DNA of 64,000 nt from the human T2T-CHM13v2.0 reference genome, Homo sapiens. Positions 1-11,075 of this stretch are shown here, piece by piece. A model generated the notes under the pieces. The model saw nothing but the letters and a program-made list of their open reading frames with translations, ran no database searches and was not told the origin of the DNA. The DNA is taken from NCBI RefSeq assembly GCF_009914755.1, contig NC_060948.1; one strand, written 5' to 3'. Positions within the stretch are counted from its first letter, which is position 1. The number at the start of each line of letters is the position of its first letter. The translations under genes were made by a program, and so were the position numbers.

Positions 1-900
1 TGGAATGAAATCACATGGAATGGGAACGAATGGAAAGGAATGGAAAGGAATGGAATCGAATGGAAAGGAATCGAATGGAAGGGAATGAAATTGAATCAAC
101 AGGAATGGAAGGGAATAGAATAGACGGTAATGGAATGGACTCGAATAGAATGGACACGAATGCTGAAATTGAATGGACTCGAATGGAATGGAAACGAAAG
201 GAATGTCATCGAATGGAATTGAATCGATTGGAATGAAATCGCATAGAATGGAGTGGAATCAAATGGAATTGAATCGAAAGGAAACGAAGCGAATGGACTG
301 AAATGAAATGGAATGGAATTGAATGGAAAGTAATGCAATGGAATAGAATGGAACGAAATTTCACGGAATGGAATCAAACTGAATGGAATCAAATCAATGG
401 AATCCAATCAAATGGAATGGAGTAGATTGGATTGAATGGGATTGGAATGAAATGTACTGGAAAGGACTCGAATTTCATGAAACGGAATGGAATGAATTGG
501 AACGGAATGGACTCGAATGGAATGGAATGTCATAGAATGGCATCAAATGGAATGGCATCAAATGGAATGGAATCGAATGCAATGGAATGCTATGGAATGG
601 AATGGAATGCATTGGAATGGAATGTCCTCTAATGGAATGGATTCGAGTGGAATGGAATCGAATATAATGGAGTCGAATGAAATGGAATTGAAAGGAATGG
701 GATCGAATACAATGGAATATACTGGAATGTAATGTAATGAACTGGAATGTAATTGACTGGAATGGAATGTACATGAATGGAATGTAATCGAATGGAAAGT
801 AATCCAATGGAATAGAATCTAATGCAATAAAATCGACTCAGATAGAGTAGAATGTAATGGAATGGAGTGCAGTGCAATGGAATGGAATGGAATGGAATGC

Positions 901-950
901 AATGGAATGGAATGGAATGGAATGGAATGGAATGGAATGGAATGGAATGG
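901..950 (+). repeat. Pure (AATGG)10 tract, the longest perfect pentamer run of the monomer; length-variable between monomers
   Basis: Ten perfect AATGG between ...AATGC and GATGG; homologous tracts have 5-11 units. Confidence 0.9.
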
Positions 951-1177
951 GATGGAATGGTATGGAATGGATAGTAATGGACTGGAGTGAAATGGACTGG
1001 AAAGGAATGGACTCAAATTGAAAGGGCTCGAAAGGAATGGAGTCAAATGGAATGGTCTGGAATGGAATGAACACGAATGTAATGCAATCCAATAGAATGG
1101 AATCGAATGGCATGGAATATAAAGAAATGGAATCGAAGAGAATGGAAACAAATGGAATGGAATTGAATGGAATGGAA

Positions 1178-1331
1178 TTGAATGGAATGGGAACGAATGG
1201 AGTGAAATTGTATGCAGTAGAAGGGAATAGAATGGAATGCAAGCGAAAGGAAAGGAATGGATTGGAATGGAATGGAATTCATTGGAATGGAAGGGAATGT
1301 AGTGTAATGGACAGGCCTGGAATAAAGTGGA
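1178..1331. other. Diagnostic DYZ1 segment flanked by the classic Y1.2/Y1.1 sex-typing primer sequences (154 bp, internal EcoRI and HaeIII sites); recurs once per monomer
   Basis: Seen: TTGAATGGAATGGGAACGAATGG at 1178-1200 and GGACAGGCCTGGAATAAAGTGGA (reverse complement TCCACTTTATTCCAGGCCTGTCC) at 1309-1331. Primer identity is recalled from the literature, not checked against a database. Confidence 0.8.
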
Positions 1332-1688
1332 ATGCTACGGTCTCGAATGGAATAAAAATGTATGGAATGGAATGCAATGAAACGGAATCGAATGTCATAG
1401 AATGTAATGGAATGCAAAAAAATGGAATCCAAAATCATTGACTGGAAAGGCTGGGTGTCGAAAGGAATTGACTGCAATGGAATGGAATCAAATGGAATGG
1501 AAGTGAATAGAATCGAACTAAATCGAATGGAATGGAATTGATAGGAACGGAATGGAAAGGAATGCAATGATTTGGCATGGAATGGAATCGAATGGCATCG
1601 AATGGAATGGAATGGAATGCAATGGAATGGAATGTATTAGAATGTAATGAACATTAGTGGAATGTACTCGAAAGGATTCGACTGGAAT

Positions 1689-1703
1689 GGAATGTTCTGG
1701 AAG
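1689..1703. promoter_or_regulatory. Perfect three-unit heat shock element match gGAAtgTTCtgGAAg (present in every complete monomer); function unproven
   Basis: Direct match to nGAAnnTTCnnGAAn. HSF1 binding and transcription of satellite III under heat stress is established for the family, but not for this site. Confidence 0.45.
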
Positions 1704-1967
1704 TGAATGGACTCCAATAGAATGGATTCGAAAGGAATGGAATCGAACGGAATGGATTCTAATGGAATGGAATTAAATGGAAATGAATCAAATTGAATAG
1801 CACGGAATTGAATTGAATGGAATCGAATGCAATGGAATCTAATGAAACGGAAAGGAAAGAATGGAATGGAATAGAATGGGCTGGAATGGAAAGGAATCGA
1901 AACGAATGGAATGGAAGCGAACTGAAGAGACTGGAATGGAATGCACTGGAATGGAAGGGAGTGTAAT

Positions 1968-1982
1968 GGAAGGTTCTCGAAA
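1968..1982. promoter_or_regulatory. Perfect heat shock element match gGAAggTTCtcGAAa (broken to TTG in four monomers); function unproven
   Basis: Direct match to nGAAnnTTCnnGAAn; variant GGTTGTCG at ~8191, 14410, 27681, 33900. Confidence 0.45.
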
Positions 1983-4856
1983 AAAATGGAATCGAATGGA
2001 ATGGAATTGAATGGAACAGAATAGAGTCGAATGGAATTGAATGGAATGGAATGGACTAGAGTGAAATGGAATCGAACCACAAGGAATGGACTGGAATAGA
2101 ATGGTCTCGAATTGAATGGAATCGTACGGAATGGCATCAAACGGAATGGAATGGACAGCCACGGAATGGAATGCACTCGAATGCAATGGAGTCGAAACTA
2201 ATGGACTGGAATAGAATGGACTCGACTGGTACGGACTCCAATGGAATGGAATCGAATGGAAGGGAATCGAACGGAATGGACTCGAAGGGAAAAGACTGTA
2301 ATGGAAAGGTCTCGAATGGAATGGAAATTAATGGGATGGAATGGAATCGAATGAAATGGAGTCAGAAGGAATGGAATCGAATGGCAAGAAATCGAATGTA
2401 ATGGAATCGCAAGGAATTGATGTGAACGGAACGGAATGGAATGGAATCCAAAGGAATGGAATAGAATGGAATGGAATCGAATGGAAAGGACTCGAATGGA
2501 AATCACTCGAATAGAATGCAATTTAATAAAATAGGATCAAATGTAATATAATGGAATGGAAAAGAATCGAAACGGAAGGAATGGAGACAGGTGGAATGGA
2601 ATGGAACAGAGAGCAATGGTATAGAATGGAATGGAATCATCTGGAATGGAATTGAATGGAATGGAATAATATGAAATGGAATGGAATGGAATGGAATGGA
2701 ATGCCCTTGAATTAAATGGACTGGACTCGAACAGAGTGGAATGGAAAGTGTTGAGATAGAATGGAATGGACTCCTTTGGAATGGTGTAGTATGCAATGCA
2801 ATCGACTGGCAGGGAATCAAAAGGAATGTAATCGAATGGATTGGACTGGAATGCAATGGACTCGAATAGATTGGAAACGGAATGCAAAGGAATGGAATGG
2901 AATAGTATGGAATGCAATGGAAGGGAATGGAGTGGAATAGACTAGAGTGGAATGGAATGGACTGGAAAGCAATGGACTGGAATGGAACTTTCTTGGATGG
3001 ATTGGAATCAAACGGAATGGAATGCAATGCAATCAAATGGCATGGAATAAAATAGAATGAAAGAGAATCAAATGGAATTGAATCGAATGGAATCGAATGG
3101 ATTGGAAAGGAATAGAATGGAATGGAATGGAATTGACTCAAATGGAATGGACTAGAATGGAATGGATTCGAATGGAAGGCAAAGGAATGGAATCTATTGG
3201 AATGGACTGTAATGGAATGGAATGGAAGGGATTGGAATGGACTCGAATGGAATGGACTGCAATAGAAAGGATTCGAATGGAATGAAAAAGAATTGAATGG
3301 AATAGAACAGAATGGAATCAAATCGAATGAAATGGAATGGAATAGAAAGGAATGGAATGAAATGGAATGGAAAGGATTCGAATGGAATGCAATCGAATGG
3401 AATGGAATCGAACGGAATGGAATAAAATGGAAGAAAACTGGCAAGAAATGGAATCGAAATGAATGGAGTGTTATGGAACGGACTCAAAAGGAATTGAATG
3501 TAATAGAATGGAGTGGAGTGGACTCGAATATAATGGACTGGAATGGAATGAAATCACATGGAATGGGAACGAATGGAATGGAATGGAAAGGAATGGAATC
3601 GAATGGAAAGGAATCGAATGGAAGGGAATGAAATTGAATCAACACGAATGGAAGGGAATAGAATAGACTGTAATGGAATGGACTCGAATAGAATGGACAC
3701 GAATGCTCAAATTAAATGGACTCGAATGGAATGGAAACGAAAGGAATGTCATCGAATGGAATTGAATCGATTGGAATGAAATCGCATAGAATGGAGTGGA
3801 ATCAAATGGAATTGAATCGAAAGGAAAGGAAGCGAATGGACTGAAATGAAATGGAACGGAATTGAATGGAAAGTAATGCAATGGAATAGAATGGAACGAA
3901 ATTTCACGGAATGGAATCAAACTGAATGGAATCAAATCAATGGAATCCAATCAAATGGAATGGAGTAGATTGGATTGAATGGGATTGGAATGAAATGTAC
4001 TGGAAAGGACTCGAATTTCATGAAACGGAATGGAATGAATTGGAACGGAATGGACTCGAATGGAATGGAATGTCATAGAATGGCATCAAATGGAATGGCA
4101 TCAAATGGAATGGAATCGAATGCAATGGAATGCTATGGAATGGAATGGAATGCATTGGAATGGAATGTCCTCTAATGGAATGGATTCGAGTGGAATGGAA
4201 TCGAATATAATGGAGTCGAATGAAATGGAATTGAAAGGAATGGGATCGAATACAATGGAATATACTGGAATGTAATGTAATTAACTGGAATGTAATTGAA
4301 TGGAATGGAATGTACATGAATGGAATGTAATCGAATGGAAAGTAATCCAATGGAATAGAATCTAATGCAATAAAATCGACTCAGATAGAGTAGAATGTAA
4401 TGGAATGGAGTGCAGTGCAATGGAATGGAATGGAATGGAATGCAATGGAATGGAATGGAATGGAATGGAATGGAATGGAATGGAATGGAATGGGATGGAA
4501 TGGTATGGAATGGATAGTAATGGACTGGAGTGAAATGGACTGGAAAGGAATGGACTCAAATTGAAAGGGCTCGAAAGGAATGGAGTCAAATGGAATGGTC
4601 TGGAATGGAATGAACACGAATGTAATGCAACCCAATAGAATGGAATCGAATGGCATGGAATATAAAGAAATGGAATCGAAGAGAATGGAAACAAATGGAA
4701 TGGAATTGAATGGAATGGAATTGAATGGAATGGGAACGAATGGAGTGAAATTGTATGCAGTAGAAGAGAATAGAATGGAATGCAAGCGAAAGGAAAGGAA
4801 TGGATTGGAATGGAATGGAATTCATTGGAATGGAAGGGAATGTAGTGTAATGGACA

Positions 4857-7527
4857 GGCCTGGAATAAAGTGGAATGCTACGGTCTCGAATGGAATAAAA
4901 ATGTATGGAATGGAATGCAATGAAACGGAATCGAATGTCATAGAATGTAATGGAATGCAAAAAAATGGAATCCAAAATCATTGACTGGAAAGGCTGGGTG
5001 TCGAAAGGAATTGACTCCAATGGAATGGAATCGAATGGAATGGAAGTGAATAGAATCGAACTAAATCGAATGGAATGGAATTGATAGGAACGGAATGGAA
5101 AGGAATGCAATGATTTGGCATGGAATGGAATCGAATGGCATCGAATGGAATGGAATGGAATGCAATGGAATGGAATGTATTAGAATGGAATGAACTTTAA
5201 TGGAATGTACTCGAATGGATTCGACTGGAATGGAATGTTCTGGAAGTGAATGGACTCCAATGGAATGGATTCAAAAGGAATGGAATCGTACGGAATGGAA
5301 TCTAATGGAATGGAATTAAATGGAAATGAATCAAATTGAATAGCACGGAATTGAATTGAATGGAATGGAATGCAATGGAATCTAATGAAACGGAAAGGAA
5401 AGGAATGGAATGGAATGGAATGGGCTGGAATGGAAAGGAATCGAAACGAATGGAATGGAATCGAACTGAAGAGACTGGAATGGAATGCACTGGAATGGAA
5501 GGGAGTGTAATGGAAGGTTCTCGAAAAAAATGGAATCGAATGGAATGGAATTGAATGGAACGGAATAGAGTCGAATGGAATTGAATGGAATGGAATGGAC
5601 TAGAGTGAAATGGAATCGAACCACAAGGAATGGACAGGAATAGAATGGTCTCGAATTGAATGGAATCGTATGGAATGGCATCAAACGGAATGGAATGGAC
5701 AGCCACGGAATGGAATGCACTCGAATGCAATGGAGTCGAAACTAACGGACTGGAATAGAATGGACTCGATTGGTACGGACTCCAATGGAATGGAATCGAA
5801 TGGAAGGGAATCGAACGGAAGGGAATCGAACGGAATGGACTCGAAGGGAAAAGACTGCAATGGAAAGGTCTCGAATGGAATGGAAATTAATGGAATGGAA
5901 TGGAATCGAATGAAATGGAGTCAAAAGGAATGGAATCGAATGGCAAGAAATCGAATGTAATGGAATCGCAAGGAATTGATGTGAACGGAACGGAATGGAA
6001 TGGAATCCAAAGGAATGGAATAGAATGGAATGGAATCGAATGGAAAGGACTCGAATGGAAATCACTCGAATAGAATGCAATTTAATAAAATAGGATCAAA
6101 TGTAATAGAATGGAATGGAAAGGAATCGAAACGGAAGGAATGGAGACAGATGGAATGGAATGGAACAGAGAGCAATGGTATAGAATGGAATGGAATCATC
6201 TGGAATGGAATTGAATGGAATGGAATAATATGAAATGGAATGGAATGGAATGGAATGGAATGCCCTTGAATTAAATAGACTGGACTCGAACAGAGTGGAA
6301 TGGAAAGTGTTGAGATAGAATGGAATGGACTCCTTTGGAATGGTCTAGTATGCAATGCAATCGACTGGCAGGGAATCAAAAGGAATGTAATCGAATGGAT
6401 TGGACTGGAATGCAATGGACTCGAATAGATTGGAAACGGAATGCAAAGGAATGGAATGGAATAGTATGGAATGCAATGGAAGGGAATGGAGTGGAATAGA
6501 CTAGAGTGGAATGGAATGGACTGGAAAGCAATGGACTGGAATGGAACTTTCTTGGATGGATGGGAATCAAACGGAATGGAATGCAATGCAATCAAATGGC
6601 ATGGAATAAAATAGAATGAAAGAGAATCAAATGGAATTGAATCGAATGGAATCGAATGGATTGGAAAGGAATAGAATGGAATGGAATGGAATTGACTCAA
6701 ATGGAATGGACTAGAATGGAATGGATTCGAATGGAATGGAATGTCATGGAATGGCATCAAATGGAATGGCATCAAATGGAATGGAATCGAATGCAATGGA
6801 ATGCTATGGAATGGAATGGAATGCATTGGAATGGAATGTCCTCTAATGGAATGGATTCGAGTGGAATGGAATTGAATATAATGGAGTCGAATGAAATGGA
6901 ATTGAAAGGAATGGGATCGAATACAATGGAATATACTGGAATGTAACGTAATGAACTCGAATGTAATTGACTGGAATGGAATGTACATGAATGGAATGTA
7001 ATCGAATGGAAAGTAATCCAATGGAATAGAATCTAATGCAATAAAATCGACTCAGATAGAGTAGAATGTAATGGAATGGAGTGCAGTGCAATGGAATGGA
7101 ATGGAATGGAATGCAATGGAATGGAATGGAATGGAATGGAATGGAATGGAATGGAATGGAATGGGATGGAATGGTATGGAATGGATAGTAATGGACTGGA
7201 GTGAAATGGACTGGAAAGGAATGGACTCAAATTGAAAGGGCTCGAAAGGAATGGAGTCAAATGGAATGGTCTGGAATGGAATGAACACGAATGTAATGCA
7301 ATCCAATAGAATGGAATCGAATGGCATGGAATATAAAGAAATGGAATCGAAGAGAATGGAAACAAATGGAATGGAATTGAATGGAATGGAATTGAATGGA
7401 ATGTGAACGAATGGAGTGAAATTGTATGCAGTAGAAGAGAATAGAATGGAATGCAAGCGAAAGGAAAGGAATGGATTGGAATGGAATGGAATTCATTGGA
7501 ATGGAAGGGAATGTAGTGTAATGGACA
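4857..7527 (+). repeat. Short DYZ1 monomer (2,671 bp) with ~0.9 kb internal deletion, junction at 6727-6736
   Basis: GGATTCGAATGGAA joins directly to TGGAATGTCATGG, skipping the GGCAAAGG...AAACTGGCAAG...TTTCATGAAAC segment present in full units. Confidence 0.93.
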
Positions 7528-9193
7528 GGCCTGGAATAAAGTGGAATGCTACGGTCTCGAATGGAATAAAAATGTATGGAATGGAATGCAATGAAACGGA
7601 ATCGAATGTCATAGAATGTAATGGAATGCAAAAAAATGGAATCCAAAATCATTGACTGGAAAGGCTGGGTGTCGAAAGGAATTGACTCCAATGGAATGGA
7701 ATCGAATGGAATGGAAGTGAATAGAATCGAACTAAATCGAATGGAATGGAATTGATAGGAACGGAATGGAAAGGAATGCAATGATTTGGCATGGAATGGA
7801 ATCGAATGGCATCGAATGGAATGGAATGCAATGCAATGGAATGGAATGTATTAGAATGTAATGAACTTTAATGGAATGTACTCGAATGGATTCGACTGGA
7901 ATGGAATGTTCTGGAAGTGAATGGACTCCAATGGAATGGATTCAAAAGGAATGGAATCGTACGGAATGGAATCTAATGGAATGGAATTAAATGGAAATGA
8001 ATCAAATTGAATAGCACGGAATTGAATTGAATGGAATGGAATGCAATGGAATCTAATGAAACGGAAAGGAAAGGAATGGAATGGAATGGAATGGACTGGA
8101 ATGGAAAGGAATCGAAACGAATGGAATGGAATCGAACTGAAGAGACTGGAATGGAATGCACTGGAATGGAAGGGAGTGTAATGGAAGGTTGTCGAAAAAA
8201 ATGGAATCGAATGGAATGGAATTGAATGGAACGGAATAGAGTCGAATGGAATTGAATGGAATGGAATGGACTAGAGTGAAATGGAATCGAACCACAAGGA
8301 ATGGACAGGAATAGAATGGTCTCGAATTGAATGGAATCGTATGGAATGGCATCAAACGGAATGGAATGGACAGCCACGGAATGGAATGCACTCGAATGCA
8401 ATGGAGTCGAAACTAATGGACTGGAATAGAATGGACTCGACTGGTACGGACTCCAATGGAATGGAATCGAATGGAAGGGAATCGAACGGAAGGGAATCGA
8501 ACGGAATGGACTCGAAGGGAAAAGACTGCAATAGAAAGGTCTCGAATGGAATGGAAATTAATGGAATGGAATGGAATCGAATGAAATGGAGTCAAAAGGA
8601 ATGGAATCGAATGGCAAGAAATGGAATGTAATGGAATCGCCAGGAATTGATGTGAACGGAGCGGAATGGAATGGAATCCAAAGGAATGGAATAGAATGGA
8701 ATGGAATCGAATGGAAAGGACTCGAATGGAAATCACTCGAATAGAATGCAATTTAATAAAATAGGATCAAATGTAATGGAATGGAATGGAAAGGAATCGA
8801 AACGAAAGGAATGGAGACAGATGGAATGGAATGGAACAGAGAGCAATGGTATAGAATGGAATGGAATCATCTGGAATGGAATTGAATGGAATGGAATGGA
8901 ATGCCCTTGAATTAAATGGACTGGAATGGAATGGACTCAAACAGAGTGGAATGGAAAGTGTTGAGATAGAGTGGAATGAACTCCTTTGGAATGGTCTAGT
9001 AGGCAATGCAATCGACTGGCAGGGAATCAAAAGGAATGTAATCGAATGGATTGGACTGGAATGCAATGGACTCGAATAGATTGGAAACGGAATGCAAAGG
9101 AATGGAATGGAATAGTATGGAATGGAATGGAAAGGAATGTAGTGGAATAGACTAGAGTGGAATGGAATGGACTGGAAAGCAATGGACTGGAAT

Positions 9194-9208
9194 GGAACTT
9201 TCTTGAAT
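9194..9208. promoter_or_regulatory. Polymorphic heat shock element match gGAActTTCttGAAt (third unit is GGA in other monomers, e.g. ~2984-2998); function unproven
   Basis: Direct match to nGAAnnTTCnnGAAn in monomers carrying the TTCTTGAAT allele. Confidence 0.4.
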
Positions 9209-11075
9209 GGACTGGAATCAAACGGAATGGAATGCAATGCAATCAAATGGCATGGAATAAAATAGAATGAAAGAGAATCAAATGGAATTGAATCGAATGG
9301 AATCGAATGGATTGGAAAGGAATAGAACGGAATGGAATGGAATTGACTCAAATGGAATGGACTAGAATGGAATGGATTCGAATGGAAGACAAAGGAATGG
9401 AATCTATTGGAATGGACTGTAATGGAATGGAATGGAAGGGATTGGAATGGACTCGAATGGAATGGACTGCAATAGAAAGGATTCGAATGGAATGAAAAAG
9501 AATTGAATGGAATAGAACAGAATGGAATCAAATCGAATGAAATGGAATGGAATAGAAAGGAATGGAATGAAATGGAATGAAAAGGATTCCAATGGAATGC
9601 AATCGAATGGAATGGAATCGAACGGAATGGAATAAAATGGAAGAAAACTGGCAATAAATGGAATCGAAATGAATGGAGTGTTATGGAACGGACTCAAAAG
9701 GAATTGAATGTAATAGAATGGAGTGGAGTGGACTCGAATATAATGGACTGGAATGGAATGAAATCACATGGAATGTGAACGAATGGAATGGAATGGAAAG
9801 GAATGGAATCGAATGGAAAGGAATCGAATGGAGGGAATGAAATTGAATCAACAGGAATGGAAGGGAATAGAATAGACGGTAATGGAATGGACTCGAATAG
9901 AATGGACACGAATGCTCAAATTGAATGGACTCGAATGGAATGGAAACGAAAGGAATGTCATCGAATGGAATTGAATCGATTGGAATGAAATCGCATAGAA
10001 TGGAGTGGAATCAAATGGAATTGAATCGAAAGGAAAGGAAGCGAATGGACTGAAATGAAATGGAATGGAATTGAATGGAAAGTAACGCAATGGAATAGAA
10101 TGGAACGAAATTTCACGGAATGGAATCAAACTGAATGGAATCAAATCAATGGAATCAAATCAAATGGAATGGAAAGGAATTGAATGGAGTAGATGGGATT
10201 GGATGGGATTGGAATGAAATGTACTGGAAAGGACTCGAATTTCATGAAACGGAATGGAATGAATTGGAAAGGAATGGACTCGAATGGAATGGAATGTCAT
10301 GGGATGGCATCAAATGGAATGGCATCAAATGGAATGGAATCGAATGCAATGGAATGCTATGGAATGGAATGGAATGCATTGGAATGGAATGTCCTCTAAT
10401 GGAATGGATTCGAGTGGAATGGAATTGAATATAATGGAGTCGAATGAAATGGAATTGAAAGGAATGGGATCGAATACAATGGAATATACTGGAATGTAAC
10501 GTAATGAACTCGAATGTAATTGACTGGAATGGAATGTACATGAATGGAATGTAATCGAATGGAAAGTAATCCAATGGAATAGAATCTAATGCAATAAAAT
10601 CGACTCAGATAGAGTAGAATGTAATGGAATGGAGTGCAGTGCAATGGAATGGAATGGAATGGAATGCAATGGAATGGAATGGAATGGAATGGAATGGAAT
10701 GGAATGGAATGGGATGGAATGGTATGGAATGGATAGTAATGGACTGGAGTGAAATGGACTGGAAAGGAATGGACTCAAATTGAAAGGGCTCGAAAGGAAT
10801 GGAGTCAAATGGAATGGTCTGGAATGGAATGAACACGAATGTAATGCAACCCAATAGAATGGAATCGAATGGCATGGAATATAAAGAAATGGAATCGAAG
10901 AGAATGGAAACAAATGGAATGGAATTGAATGGAATGGAATTGAATGGAATGGGAACGAATGGAGTGAAATTGTATGCAGTAGAAGAGAATAGAATGGAAT
11001 GCAAGCGAAAGGAAAGGAATGGATTGGAATGGAATGGAATTCATTGGAATGGAAGGGAATGTAGTGTAATGGACA

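Noticed and set aside
470-482. Short palindromes such as TTTCATGAAA, TGTACA and frequent TCGA
   Set aside because: Too short for stable structures and readily produced by single substitutions in the pentamer. Abundant TCGA CpGs are an ordinary property of this satellite, not a CpG island.
6062-7021. Longest ORF (319 aa, minus strand) spanning the deletion junction, resembling a new fusion gene
   Set aside because: Chance in-frame joining of two low-complexity satellite ORFs; no promoter, splice or conservation evidence.
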